From IMG/VR virus record IMGVR_UViG_2773857866_000003: DNA of 64,000 nucleotides. One strand, written 5' to 3'. Made by a program: the position numbers and the translations under genes. Positions 49,029 to 59,174 of the stretch are shown in pieces. A model generated the notes under the pieces. That model saw only the letters and a list, made by a program, of their open reading frames with translations. It was not told where the DNA came from and did not search any database. This DNA comes from a virus. Its lineage: Duplodnaviria > Heunggongvirae > Uroviricota > Caudoviricetes. How positions within the stretch are numbered: the stretch's first letter is position 1; every line of letters starts with the position of its first letter.

Positions 49029-49694
49029 TTAAATATTGTATCCTGCATGTTCTAAAAGAATATTAATTATATTCTCTGCTTCTGTTTGAAGCTGCTGGAA
49101 ATGAGCGACAACATCCATAGGATATCTCGGAGCAGAACCAGTCTCATTGATATATGCCATCACTGCATAATCCCAACTGTATTTTCCTTGTACTTGAGTA
49201 AGGATTAAGTGATATAACTGTTTTCTGCTTGTATCATATATCTCACATAAAGCATCAATACGAAGTTTCATTTTATCGTACCAGTTACCAAGAGGAGGAA
49301 TTTGGGTTACACTACCGACTACAGTTGGAATAATAGTGTTATTTTTATTAGCTTCGTATTTTCCTGTTTTGTGGACTGATGGAAGTACCTCGCTCGTTAC
49401 CCAGTGTTTAAACTCTTTAGCAGATTTTAGCTTGCTGCCGAAGATAAGAGCATATAGACCTGACTCGTTAATAATAGTCATATTTTGTTTTCCACCGGGA
49501 GTCATCATTTCAGTGACACCTTTATCTTCATCATCTACATGATTCGCAATCGCATTGTTAAGGGATTTTCCTTCACCATATCCAAGTGCTCTTGCTACAT
49601 CCTTTCCAACAAACCAAGGTTCTCCATCAATCATCACTATTCTCACTTGTCCAAATTCTTTGTTTTCAAAAATTTTTAATTCACTCATGTTCAT
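49029..49694 (-). CDS. BRO-N / antirepressor-like protein
   Basis: The N-terminus LKIFENKEFGQVRIVMIDGEPWFVGKDVARALGY matches the Bro-N (KilA-N related) consensus. Confidence 0.6.
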   Translation of the reverse strand: MNMSELKIFENKEFGQVRIVMIDGEPWFVGKDVARALGYGEGKSLNNAIANHVDDEDKGVTEMMTPGGKQNMTIINESGLYALIFGSKLKSAKEFKHWVTSEVLPSVHKTGKYEANKNNTIIPTVVGSVTQIPPLGNWYDKMKLRIDALCEIYDTSRKQLYHLILTQVQGKYSWDYAVMAYINETGSAPRYPMDVVAHFQQLQTEAENIINILLEHAGYNI

Positions 49695-49741
49695 TTCTCC
49701 TTTTTAATGTTTTTATTTAAACGCTCACATAGGAACGCTTT

Positions 49742-50677
49742 TTACTGACTTAATAACTTCCTCTCTAAGTTCTGCATTTCGTCAGAAGAATATCCTCTCC
49801 CTTTGAAGTTGTTAAATTTGTTCTTCTTTTCAGCATTTCCCCCTTTAAAATCAAAGCTTTTGTCGTATTTCCCTTCCAGTACCGCACTCATGTTATCTTC
49901 CTGAATGATCCAGTCAAACGTTGGTTTCCATTGACCGTCTTTCAGACTGTTAAAATATTCAGACTCATCAACTCTACGGAAAGCTTTTTCAAAATCTGAT
50001 ATTATAAACCCATTATCTAACAATGTATTGATAAAACGCTTTCTCTTGTTTGTCATCCTCTCTACTGGCTGAAGTTTTATACAAATATTGTTATATAAAT
50101 TTTGTATCTCAACGTATATTCCAGATGGAGGTATATATGTATGCTGTTGTTTAACAGTTTCTATTGTTGCTGTTGCTATAGGTGGAGGCAAAGCCTCACC
50201 CTTATTTTCCTTATTTGGTAACAACAACTCTTTACTACTCTCTACTACACTACACTGTACTGTACTCGACTGTGGAAACATTTTGGAAACATTTTGGTTC
50301 CACTTATTTTCTAATCTAGTAACAGCTTGCTCTGCATCAAAAGTATATGCTCCATTCTTTTTCAAATACAGCATACTTCCTTCTTCCTGATAAGCCGTCT
50401 CTACATATCTATCACCTTTCAATGTATTGTGCATTCTCCAATGTTTTACGACCACAACACCAGAGTCAAATTTAATCAAAAACCCTTTATATATAAGCAA
50501 ATTCAGGTCATCATCCGAAGCACCTACAAATCTCTGTACTCCTTTTGGATTACCAATAAATCCATCATCATCAGCTTCTAAATTCAAATGAAAATATAAA
50601 GCTTGAGTGCTTAATGGCATAGATGTAAACGCATCAGATTTTATCAATTTAATATTGAACATCCTTTTTGCTGCCAT
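49742..50677 (-). CDS. replication initiation / replisome-organizer-like protein
   Basis: The N-terminal domain resembles the phage replisome organizer N-terminus (FNIKLIKSDAFTSMPLSTQALYFHL...DDGFIG); the gene lies next to an iteron-like repeat region. Confidence 0.4.
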   Translation of the reverse strand: MAAKRMFNIKLIKSDAFTSMPLSTQALYFHLNLEADDDGFIGNPKGVQRFVGASDDDLNLLIYKGFLIKFDSGVVVVKHWRMHNTLKGDRYVETAYQEEGSMLYLKKNGAYTFDAEQAVTRLENKWNQNVSKMFPQSSTVQCSVVESSKELLLPNKENKGEALPPPIATATIETVKQQHTYIPPSGIYVEIQNLYNNICIKLQPVERMTNKRKRFINTLLDNGFIISDFEKAFRRVDESEYFNSLKDGQWKPTFDWIIQEDNMSAVLEGKYDKSFDFKGGNAEKKNKFNNFKGRGYSSDEMQNLERKLLSQ

Positions 50678-50905
50678 TATCTTTATCTCCTTATTTTTCT
50701 TATTTCTCTTATTTGAGCAAAATAAAAATAAGCTAATTAGCTTATTTAAGAAATGCTAATTAGCTTATTTAAAATCCTTATTTTTCTTATTTAAGGTCTT
50801 ATTTTCCCTTATCTCTATTTCTTAGTACACTTATAAATTAAATAAATCACCAATATAAATGGAGTCAAAAAACCTAACTCATAAGGTAAGCCTAAAACTA
50901 CCGGA
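50678..50905. repeat. iteron-like repeat region: about eight direct CTTATTT(T) repeats plus two copies of the palindrome AAGCTAATTAGCTTATTTAA
   Basis: Read directly from 50690-50830: ttcttatttctcttatttgag..aagctaattagcttatttaagaaatgctaattagcttatttaaaatccttatttttcttatttaaggtcttattttcccttatc. Confidence 0.5.
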
Positions 50906-50930
50906 TAAAATGACATAACTTTCTCCTCCT

Positions 50931-51206
50931 TTAAAATATAATTTTTTCTTTACTTAAAATAGCGGTAATACCTAATGTACCTAAAATAAATACCCAAAAT
51001 AATAATTCAGGTATTATTTTACTTAACTTCATTATACCATAAGAAATGAACAAAAGCATTATTCCATAGCGTTTTTGCTCTCGCAAATCAATTTTCTTAT
51101 GTTTCCTCATATTCTCTCTTATTTCTAAAAATTCTACATCTTCTATAACACCTCCACTCTTTATATATTCATCTGGATCAAAGATTACATTATTCATTCT
51201 TTTCAC
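50931..51206 (-). CDS. small membrane protein
   Basis: 91 aa with two TM helices. Confidence 0.4.
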   Translation of the reverse strand: MKRMNNVIFDPDEYIKSGGVIEDVEFLEIRENMRKHKKIDLREQKRYGIMLLFISYGIMKLSKIIPELLFWVFILGTLGITAILSKEKIIF

Positions 51207-51510
51207 CTTTTTGACAATTATAACCAGAATCAGAAGTTGTTATATAGGTATCCTCTTCAAATGGATAATTAAATGCAGCATTAGCACACAATCTAAACTT
51301 AGGATAATCCCTACTTTGTATATATTCACAGTCGTCTATAACAACAATGTCGTAAACTTCTGTTTGAATAACAACTTCCAACGTATCTTCTGAAATCCAT
51401 TTTTCTCTGACTCTCGCTTCTTTTCCGTTAATGGATATAACTTTAATATCATGACCGTCAACGCCCCACCATAGTCCAACCTGTAATTTATATTTTGCTT
51501 CTTTACACAT
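51190..51510 (-). CDS. hypothetical protein
   Basis: 106 aa ORF. Confidence 0.4.
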   Translation of the reverse strand: MCKEAKYKLQVGLWWGVDGHDIKVISINGKEARVREKWISEDTLEVVIQTEVYDIVVIDDCEYIQSRDYPKFRLCANAAFNYPFEEDTYITTSDSGYNCQKGEKNE

Positions 51511-51592
51511 ATTTAAAACCCCTTTTTCATTTGTAATAAAAAAAGATGATACCTAAGTATCACCTTTCTGTTTCGTTTTATTTTATCATCTT

Positions 51593-51820
51593 TTACATTA
51601 ACCGATCTGCACTAACAATGTACGGAGCATTAAAATATTTCCCTTTAGCAGCTTGTATAAGCACCTTGTCCCTAAGAGACTCTGGAACAATTACTGTACC
51701 GCATTTTCCGCATTTGCACATAATGTCTACTTCCAGACCATCTTTTTCATTTGTGAATAGACTTAATCTATCACCTGTGCCAATAATTTTGTATCTATGC
51801 CGATGAAATATATTCCTCAT
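51593..51820 (-). CDS. small zinc-finger protein
   Basis: CKCGKCG motif. Confidence 0.35.
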   Translation of the reverse strand: MRNIFHRHRYKIIGTGDRLSLFTNEKDGLEVDIMCKCGKCGTVIVPESLRDKVLIQAAKGKYFNAPYIVSADRLM

Positions 51821-51832
51821 AATTGCACACTC

Positions 51833-52162
51833 CTATTCTTTCATACGTGCATTATCAATTTTTTCTTTTATATCTTCGATACTATTGTACCAATCGCCAC
51901 ATTCAAGATATGGTAAATATACACCATATACACAATAGATTTTATTTCCCTTGTATTCCTCTACAAAATATTTATCCTCGTTTCTTTTCTTACATTCTTC
52001 AGAACACACTGGTTTATTTATCAATCTATTAACTATTTGAAATTCTCCATCCACTGTTTTTTTCTTAAAATTTCCAAACAATGTTGTTTTAGGACACTGT
52101 GAAAATTCTTTAAATCCAAAATTCTCAAACTCTTTACCACAAACAGGGCATTTCCATCTCAC
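51833..52162 (-). CDS. zinc-ribbon protein
   Basis: CPVCGKEF...CPK...CSEEC. Confidence 0.4.
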   Translation of the reverse strand: MRWKCPVCGKEFENFGFKEFSQCPKTTLFGNFKKKTVDGEFQIVNRLINKPVCSEECKKRNEDKYFVEEYKGNKIYCVYGVYLPYLECGDWYNSIEDIKEKIDNARMKE

Positions 52163-52399
52163 TTTTTTAAGCCTCCTTATAAACAGTAGTTAGTTTAACC
52201 TGATATCTACAATATTACTATATTAAAATATCCAATTTAATGATTTTTCTTTCACTTCCATTCTTCCCAATATAATACGTTCATCCTTCTTAGGTAAATA
52301 TTCTAACAACGCAAGCTCATTGCTTGTTTCATTGTCTATTACAATAATTTCCCTTGAAATAATTTTGTATCCTAATAAACCTATATTTCTTCAGCATAT

Positions 52400-52921
52400 T
52401 CACATTGCTTTAATATCTTCTGTCACTTTTATCGTATCATCATTCATCTGGTTTATTAAATTTTGTACTTTACTGGATAAGTCCGTTATTCGTTGCAAGG
52501 TATTTCTAGCTTCTTCCAACTCTTCATCTGAACAACTATACCATTTGAAATTCTTATAACTTTCAATTTTATCTTCTATAATTTGTAGTGCATTGTCAAT
52601 TTTTCTGTCATTTATTCGATAAAGGCTTCTATTACATATGACTATCCCATCTTGTTTAAACCTATATAACTGATTATATAAGTTGTTTTTCTCTTTTTTA
52701 TCATCAAAATTAAGCCCATAATCTTCTTTGCATATTTCCTCTAATTCGCTTATTGAATACCATTTTTCTTCTCGTTCTTTAAAAATTTCCATTAATGCTT
52801 TTTTTGTTTCATTATGCTTTGCCATTGCTTGCCTCCCTATAAAATTTACAGCATCAACTTTTGCTTCATCTGGATAAATATCTTTGCAATGTAACATTGC
52901 AGAAATACGTATTGCATCCAA
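52400..52921 (-). CDS. hypothetical protein
   Basis: 173 aa helical ORF. Confidence 0.4.
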   Translation of the reverse strand: MDAIRISAMLHCKDIYPDEAKVDAVNFIGRQAMAKHNETKKALMEIFKEREEKWYSISELEEICKEDYGLNFDDKKEKNNLYNQLYRFKQDGIVICNRSLYRINDRKIDNALQIIEDKIESYKNFKWYSCSDEELEEARNTLQRITDLSSKVQNLINQMNDDTIKVTEDIKAM

Positions 52922-52943
52922 GTATTCTGCTATTTATGCTGGA

Positions 52944-53186
52944 TCAATTCCAGCCTTTCTTCCTATTCTCATAATACCATTTATTATTTTCATGTAGAAT
53001 TTCTTTTCTTGCCACCTTTCTGCACTCATCTGGGCAGTATTTTTCTCTTAAACTTTGAAACTCTTTTCTGCATACCGGACAAGTGTATGTAATAGGAACA
53101 CAAGATAATCCTTTTCGTCTCCTGTAATATATAGTATACCATGTCCCTATGTTTCTTGCCAGATTATTTCCATTTAATATTTTCAA
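52944..53186 (-). CDS. small zinc-ribbon protein
   Basis: CPVCRKEF...CPDEC. Confidence 0.35.
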   Translation of the reverse strand: MKILNGNNLARNIGTWYTIYYRRRKGLSCVPITYTCPVCRKEFQSLREKYCPDECRKVARKEILHENNKWYYENRKKGWN

Positions 53187-53391
53187 TTATTTTATCATAA
53201 TAGTTGTCTGACAATTCTACAAATACTATAACACCATTTTCATCAGGACAATGAACAATGCATTTCACTTTGTATTCTAATCTTTTCCAGCTTCTTGTAA
53301 TAATCATTCTATCTTCTCTTTTAGGAATAAAATCAATATTACCTAAATTTTCTTTTGTATCCTTGTCAATTAAAAAAATATTCTTATTCAT
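53164..53391 (-). CDS. hypothetical small protein
   Basis: 75 aa ORF. Confidence 0.35.
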   Translation of the reverse strand: MNKNIFLIDKDTKENLGNIDFIPKREDRMIITRSWKRLEYKVKCIVHCPDENGVIVFVELSDNYYDKIIENIKWK

Positions 53392-53517
53392 AACTATTAT
53401 TCCTCTCCTTTATAATCTGGTCTATAATGAAGACATTTCCTACAATCGCTGTATTCACATTTTCCTCTGTAATATATCCATATACATTTTCCGTCTGGTT
53501 TCATGGTTTGTTTCCTC

Positions 53518-53850
53518 CTAATTACACTCTATATTAAACGCTTCTTCTAATTCTTCGTATTCCTTAGAAAGATATCTTAATAATTCCTTGTAAATATCAA
53601 GTTGCGCTGCCTGCAAAAATTCACACAGTTCTATTTCTGTTGTAAAAAATTTTTCAAACCCTGTTGAATTAGCCCATCTATCAAAAGCTACTCTTGTCGT
53701 AATTCTAAGCATCCATCTATTATTTGTTCCACTATGCGGCTCTACAATCAAATAATGCACTATATCTGTTCTAGCATCTAAAAACCCATTTCCTTCTGAT
53801 ATTTCATAAGCCTCATTATCATTCTCAAACCACCGTTTAACATTTTTCAT
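53518..53850 (-). CDS. hypothetical protein
   Basis: 110 aa ORF. Confidence 0.4.
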   Translation of the reverse strand: MKNVKRWFENDNEAYEISEGNGFLDARTDIVHYLIVEPHSGTNNRWMLRITTRVAFDRWANSTGFEKFFTTEIELCEFLQAAQLDIYKELLRYLSKEYEELEEAFNIECN

Positions 53851-53864
53851 AATAAATTCCCTTT

Positions 53865-54077
53865 CTATGAAATGTGACTTTCATTATACTCAATAGGTTC
53901 AAGTTTAACTACATACCCTATTTTCTTTTCCTTATCGTAAATTTCCATTTTTGCAGCTTCGCCACCTGTAACCCACTCAAAAGAAAACCTTTCACTATTA
54001 TTTTCTACAATTTTTATTAAGTGGTCTAATAGCTCATTTGTATTTTTAGCTATTTCAATTTTTTCTTTCACTGCCAT
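53865..54077 (-). CDS. hypothetical small protein
   Basis: 70 aa ORF. Confidence 0.35.
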   Translation of the reverse strand: MAVKEKIEIAKNTNELLDHLIKIVENNSERFSFEWVTGGEAAKMEIYDKEKKIGYVVKLEPIEYNESHIS

Positions 54078-54173
54078 AACAACGCCTTTCTTCTATAATT
54101 TTATTTTTTTAATATCAAAAAAGCACTCAGATATATATTCTCTGAATGCTTTTCGTATGTTTTCTATTTTGTT

Positions 54174-54614
54174 TTATACTCTACGTGAAACACCTAAAAC
54201 ACTAATAAGTGCTTCTTGTAATACTCTTGACACATTAATTCCTGCTTTATCTGCTTCATAATTCAACCAACTAGGTAATGAAACATTTTTTCTTACAACT
54301 TTTGTGTCAATCTTTCTTCTATATTCTACTAAATCCACATCAACTATTGAAATTATATTCTTTCCTTCTCCTGCAAAAGTAGACTGTGTAATGTCAATAT
54401 TTTCTAGCAAAGAAGGTTCTTTTATCTCATCTCCTTTATCTTCCTTTTCAATACAAGCAATTCCAATGGCATCTCTTGCCATCATAATTGCATCTGCCAG
54501 TGTACCTTTTGGTTTTCCTTCCTCATTTGCTTCCGTTAATATTTCCAAATCTGGCACTTCAATTAAAATATTCGTATCAACATCTGTAAATATTACTGGA
54601 TATGCTACTTTCAT
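54174..54614 (-). CDS. hicB: HicB-family antitoxin
   Basis: N-terminus MKVAYPVIFTDVDTNILIEVPDLEILTEANEEGKPKGTLADAIMMARDAI matches the HicB/UPF0150 fold, and a C-terminal ribbon-helix-helix-like tail (NVSLPSWL...AGINVSRVLQEAL) is present. Confidence 0.6.
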   Translation of the reverse strand: MKVAYPVIFTDVDTNILIEVPDLEILTEANEEGKPKGTLADAIMMARDAIGIACIEKEDKGDEIKEPSLLENIDITQSTFAGEGKNIISIVDVDLVEYRRKIDTKVVRKNVSLPSWLNYEADKAGINVSRVLQEALISVLGVSRRV

Positions 54615-54650
54615 TTTATTGCCTCCTTATATATAAAGATGGGTAGGGGA

Positions 54651-54836
54651 TTATAATAATCCCCATTTTCTTAATATTGCTTTTGCCAACCGTTCATTGA
54701 CTTCTCGATGACGTGGTATCTTCTCTTCATCATTGCCTCGTTTGTATATATCGTGATTTCCACCATGTCTTTCAAAAACAAACCCACCATCTTCTAATCT
54801 CTTTATCAACTCACGTTGCTTCAAATATAATTGCAC
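54651..54836 (-). CDS. hicA: HicA-family toxin (mRNA interferase)
   Basis: LIKRLEDGGFVFERHGGNHDIYKR...IPRHREVNERLAKAILRKWGL matches the HicA (YcfA-like) consensus, including the GxH motif. Confidence 0.65.
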   Translation of the reverse strand: MQLYLKQRELIKRLEDGGFVFERHGGNHDIYKRGNDEEKIPRHREVNERLAKAILRKWGLL

Positions 54837-54909
54837 CTCCTTACAATTATATTATACACATTTATTGTGTAACGTCAATATGATTTGTACACAATTTTTA
54901 CACAATATT

Positions 54910-55314
54910 TTATTCATTCAAAAACACCTCTCCATCACTATCAATGAATTTCTGAATAATTTCCTCTGCCCTTTTCTCAGTGACAACCCTGCTTCCATAT
55001 TCCCAAGTAATCTTACTTTCAAACTCACATTCCGCAACAAGCCAGTCTAAATCCTCTAATGCTGCTTCATATTTCTGTTCCATGTTTTTAATACTATCAT
55101 AATATCCATAGATGGCACATTCAATATCCTCTGTTGTCATCTTAGATACGTCTATAGTACCTGCAACTACACTATATATACCTTCATCATCTATTGCATC
55201 TAACCAAAGTGCCTGAATGAACATATACTTTCTATCTCCTATATATTTACGACATTGCATACAATCATCGTCAGTACACTCAAAACCATTTTTAACTTCT
55301 ATCATATAGAACAC
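54910..55314 (-). CDS. hypothetical protein
   Basis: 134 aa ORF. Confidence 0.4.
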   Translation of the reverse strand: MFYMIEVKNGFECTDDDCMQCRKYIGDRKYMFIQALWLDAIDDEGIYSVVAGTIDVSKMTTEDIECAIYGYYDSIKNMEQKYEAALEDLDWLVAECEFESKITWEYGSRVVTEKRAEEIIQKFIDSDGEVFLNE

Positions 55315-55353
55315 CTTTCGTTATAAAATTTTAACTCTTCTAATTGTTTTCCT

Positions 55354-55680
55354 TCATACCGCTTCCAACGCATCAGCCAAACCATCAAGCATTTCTTGAA
55401 TAGCTTCTGCGTCCTCAATAAGTTCTCTAATGCTTTCAGGCACTCCGTTTACCTCACCTCTTGCCTCAATCCACATTTCTGCGTGTTCATCCGCATCAAA
55501 ATCATTTGCGTACTTTCTTACCGATTCTGTAAAATCTTCTACTTCTACAATGATAGAAAAATCTTCTCCTGCTGGTGAATACTTTTGAAGCTCAACTCTA
55601 CCATCATCTGTATAAGAAGAAACACTCCAATCATTTTCTTCTAAAATATCTATGTATTTTTGTTTTAATTCCTTCATCAT
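55354..55680 (-). CDS. acidic hypothetical protein
   Basis: 108 aa ORF that is highly acidic (D/E-rich). Confidence 0.4.
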   Translation of the reverse strand: MMKELKQKYIDILEENDWSVSSYTDDGRVELQKYSPAGEDFSIIVEVEDFTESVRKYANDFDADEHAEMWIEARGEVNGVPESIRELIEDAEAIQEMLDGLADALEAV

Positions 55681-55694
55681 GTTCTCTCTTCTTT

Positions 55695-55997
55695 CTATAC
55701 TTCAATAATTTTATAAAAAGCACAGTCTTGTAGCAAATATTCTCTTGTAGATACATTTTTCAAATCAAGAGTATATCCGCTTCCATAAACAAGGGTTACA
55801 TCATCATCTGCAAATCTAAGAACAGAAGGTGCATATTCATTTTCTCTTTTAACTGTTTCGATTTCTTCATTCAACAGTTCATTTAACTTTTCAACTGCTT
55901 CTTCGTATGTCTTACATTTTATTGCAACAAAATCTGTATCAAAATTATATGTAATTACAACAATATATTCTTTCATCCTCGACACTCCCTTACTCAC
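55695..55997 (-). CDS. hypothetical protein
   Basis: 100 aa ORF. Confidence 0.4.
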   Translation of the reverse strand: MSKGVSRMKEYIVVITYNFDTDFVAIKCKTYEEAVEKLNELLNEEIETVKRENEYAPSVLRFADDDVTLVYGSGYTLDLKNVSTREYLLQDCAFYKIIEV

Positions 55998-56172
55998 AAT
56001 CTGCTAAAGCTTCATATAAATCAGAAATCCTTTCTTCAATTTCTCTAATCTGTTCTGCCTCGTCTTCATCTGAGTTTTTCAATTTTTTTAATTCCTTTTC
56101 CCAACTATCAATTTCATTTAAAATTTCAAATCTATCATCTGAGTTCATAGTATTCCTCCTAAAAATCATAAT

Positions 56173-56382
56173 TTAATCTCTGTTACAGTAGTCTAAAAAT
56201 GCTTCTATACTTTCCTCTGCTTCACATCTTGTCAAGCATCTACGACCTTTGCATTTCTTTCTATGTAATGGTAATCCAGCCATTTTGCGTTCATTATTTC
56301 TTAGCAGCATCTTATCTGTTTTTGGGCTCTTTCTTGCACTTGTATTCATATTCACTCTCACCTTATAAAAGCGTTCTTTCAT
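56173..56382 (-). CDS. small basic protein
   Basis: 69 aa, R/K-rich, CKGRRCLTRC. Confidence 0.3.
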   Translation of the reverse strand: MKERFYKVRVNMNTSARKSPKTDKMLLRNNERKMAGLPLHRKKCKGRRCLTRCEAEESIEAFLDYCNRD

Positions 56383-56384
56383 TA

Positions 56385-56681
56385 TTAAATGATTTCAATT
56401 TCCCACACATTATTACCACGAAAAGATTGTTTACAAACACCATTTTCAAACTCCCAATCTGAAGCTTTTCCATACTCAATCCAACTTCCTTTTCCATTAT
56501 TTGCTAATGTCACTTCACTGTCAGGTTTTTCATTTTCAATACTATAGAATCCGTTTGTTAGTACCCAGTTAGGTTTTCTAATCTGCCCTTCATATTCTGG
56601 TTTAATATAATGTTTTCTGATAATAAATTTATGACCTTCTTTGATTGCTTTTTTCAGCTGTGATAAATTTTTAATTTCCAT
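56385..56681 (-). CDS. hypothetical protein
   Basis: 98 aa ORF. Confidence 0.4.
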   Translation of the reverse strand: MEIKNLSQLKKAIKEGHKFIIRKHYIKPEYEGQIRKPNWVLTNGFYSIENEKPDSEVTLANNGKGSWIEYGKASDWEFENGVCKQSFRGNNVWEIEII

Positions 56682-56710
56682 AATTATTTCCTCCGTTTGA
56701 AATTATCTTT

Positions 56711-57148
56711 TTATATCGTTATTTCTTCTATAATTCTCCCATACCACAATGGACAACATCCGTCATATTTTCTACTAAACGAGTAATAACCATCTTTATC
56801 TTCAATTATTACTTGATTATATCCATCTCTTTTCGCAACACTTTTTGCATTATTCCTTATTTCAGTTAAGTCATTTATGTATTTTATTCTCTTAAATTGT
56901 TGATATGATCTATATATTCTTTTTGTTCCAAATTGAATTTCATTTTTTCCAGTAATATCATTATAAAAAGCATGAATAATAAGTTTTGCATTACCATGAA
57001 TCTGCTTTTTACATTCTAAAAACGTAGGATTTTTATTAACCCCAATCCATTCATATCCTGAACTTTTCAAATCTTTTGTAATTGTATTAAAAAACTTTTC
57101 TGTGTTTACAATATAAAAACCATCCATTTTCTTTCTCCTATACTTCAC
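56711..57148 (-). CDS. hypothetical protein
   Basis: 145 aa ORF. Confidence 0.4.
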   Translation of the reverse strand: MKYRRKKMDGFYIVNTEKFFNTITKDLKSSGYEWIGVNKNPTFLECKKQIHGNAKLIIHAFYNDITGKNEIQFGTKRIYRSYQQFKRIKYINDLTEIRNNAKSVAKRDGYNQVIIEDKDGYYSFSRKYDGCCPLWYGRIIEEITI

Positions 57149-57179
57149 GGACTAGCTTGTGCTAGTCCTGTTTATTGGA

Positions 57180-57893
57180 CTAGTTCTCGTTTTCTACAGA
57201 TACAAAGATATCAGATTTCAAAGAGATAAACGGGCGAACAGAGAAGTCAGCCCAGCCGCAACCGCCGCAGCCCACGCAACCATTGCAGCAGACAAACTGA
57301 ACATTGGAAGCATTATGACCTTCATTTGTACTATCTGGTGTATCAAGCCAAAATGGGTTGTTGTTTTTCTCTCTATATAATCCTTGCCTTCTTGCAGCTC
57401 TATAATCGTCAATTCCACCTAATCTTATCGGACATTTACAAACTCCGTATGTTGTAAGTCCATCAAGAGATGTTAAATCAACCTCCTGTATACAAAGATT
57501 TTCTTTTCCGAAACCTTCTTCTACATATTTAATATATTCGGCGTTTAAAAATTTCTGAATTTCACTCCCATAAAAATTATTACTTTCCTTATCAAACCTG
57601 CGAGTTTCTGGTAACAACTCTTTTCTCCACAGCTTTGTTGTTTCATCCTCATCATGCCTTATTACAATCCATTTGACTCCAATATTGTCAGTGACAACTT
57701 CACCGATTTTACAATCTTTTAAAAGCTTTTCAGAGGTATTTAAAATCCCTTTTAAGCTTTCCTTTAATTCATCCGTAATCTTAATTACAATGGTATTTCC
57801 TTCAATTTTTACATTTTCTTTACTGATATTTAAATTCATAATATTACCTGTCCTTTCCCTAACATTACACATATACTTCCACATCAGTACCAT
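57180..57893 (-). CDS. hypothetical protein with C-terminal Cys/Gly cluster (CCNGCVGCGGCGW)
   Basis: 237 aa ORF; the Cys/Gly cluster lies near the C-terminus. Confidence 0.4.
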   Translation of the reverse strand: MVLMWKYMCNVRERTGNIMNLNISKENVKIEGNTIVIKITDELKESLKGILNTSEKLLKDCKIGEVVTDNIGVKWIVIRHDEDETTKLWRKELLPETRRFDKESNNFYGSEIQKFLNAEYIKYVEEGFGKENLCIQEVDLTSLDGLTTYGVCKCPIRLGGIDDYRAARRQGLYREKNNNPFWLDTPDSTNEGHNASNVQFVCCNGCVGCGGCGWADFSVRPFISLKSDIFVSVENEN

Positions 57894-58263
57894 TTATTAA
57901 ACACAGCGTATACCATATCTTTCCTATCTTACAGCCACTAAACCCGTTCTTTATACATGCTTTAACAACATACTCTTTTTCTAAGTCTCGCAAACACTCT
58001 AAAGAGATTTCGTGGTTATTGTAGGTAGTCACTCTTTCAATATTCTGTAATTCTTCAATATCAATATTGAATTCATTTAGCAACAAATCATAAAATTCAC
58101 TTTGTTTCTCAAATTCTCCTGATTGAAGTTCTTCATAATATGCGACAAGAAAATGTTCATTTGAACATGGTGCTTCTTTTAAATGTACTTTTTCTCTCAC
58201 TTCATCATTCATGTATGTAGCAATATTTTCCATTGTTAAATCATCAATTTTGTATTTTTTCAT
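57865..58263 (-). CDS. hypothetical protein
   Basis: 132 aa ORF. Confidence 0.4.
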   Translation of the reverse strand: MKKYKIDDLTMENIATYMNDEVREKVHLKEAPCSNEHFLVAYYEELQSGEFEKQSEFYDLLLNEFNIDIEELQNIERVTTYNNHEISLECLRDLEKEYVVKACIKNGFSGCKIGKIWYTLCLINGTDVEVYV

Positions 58264-58282
58264 AGGTTATTTCCCCTTACTT

Positions 58283-58516
58283 TTACAATCTAATAAATGT
58301 TTCTTCTGTAATTTCGCCTGATAAATTTAACCCAATAGATACAGAGTCAATTATTCTTTCCTTAATACAATCGCTTGTGATAATATTTATTGCATTTTTC
58401 TGTCCTTGTGTCATTTTGTAGTAGGGCAACGTAAATTTGAAGCCTTCATGATAGTTTTTAATTTTTTTAAATATATCTTTATATTCCTTTGATTTTTTAA
58501 ATTCCATTTTATTCAT
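58283..58516 (-). CDS. hypothetical small protein
   Basis: 77 aa ORF. Confidence 0.35.
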   Translation of the reverse strand: MNKMEFKKSKEYKDIFKKIKNYHEGFKFTLPYYKMTQGQKNAINIITSDCIKERIIDSVSIGLNLSGEITEETFIRL

Positions 58517-58717
58517 CTCTATTCTCCTACTAGAACAATTCTTACTACGCTATTTCCTTGTTTCCCCATCTGTTTGGATTATATTTTCCCCAAATTAGTT
58601 TATATTCCTTTTCTGGAACAACTGACACATTCTTGTTTTTTCCCAATTTGTACAGTACAATATTTTTCGCTTCCAATATAAAATTCATTTAATAATTCCA
58701 ACATTTTTCTTCCCTCC

Positions 58718-58900
58718 TTAATATCTACAATAAACATCAATTTCTGTTCCATCATCCAAACCGATTGAATACCAATTAAATCCGATATACATTCCGGAAG
58801 TCCCTAAACATTCCATACTTAAAACGTGCATTGAACATTCAACTTCTTCTAGTGTTTTCAAAGATACTTTCTTTCCATTTAGCTTTTTAAGTTCTTCCAT
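58718..58900 (-). CDS. hypothetical small protein
   Basis: 60 aa; it shares a C-terminal motif (G..D..EIDVY) with the C-terminus of the 57865..58263 ORF. Confidence 0.3.
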   Translation of the reverse strand: MEELKKLNGKKVSLKTLEEVECSMHVLSMECLGTSGMYIGFNWYSIGLDDGTEIDVYCRY

Positions 58901-58912
58901 TTTTGTTTCCTC

Positions 58913-59158
58913 CTAATTACTTTGCTTTGCTTTACCAAGAGCTAAGAGCTTAATATAGAGCTTAAAAGAAACTCTTTGATTTTTATTTACAAATAAACTT
59001 TTGCATATTCTATGAATATTGTCCTTAGATACATTAACGAGCTTGGATAAGAAATTTATATCGTAGCTTTTAATGATAGGTACTAACTCATCCTGTATTT
59101 CCTGTGAAGTTAAATTCTCAAATCTAATAATTTCATCTAAAATCATTTCATAATCCAT
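58913..59158 (-). CDS. hypothetical small protein
   Basis: 81 aa ORF. Confidence 0.35.
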   Translation of the reverse strand: MDYEMILDEIIRFENLTSQEIQDELVPIIKSYDINFLSKLVNVSKDNIHRICKSLFVNKNQRVSFKLYIKLLALGKAKQSN

Positions 59159-59174
59159 TATTTATCATCTCCTA

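Noticed and set aside
57218-57418. 66 aa ORF nested in 57180..57893
   Set aside because: It is an alternative frame of a longer ORF.
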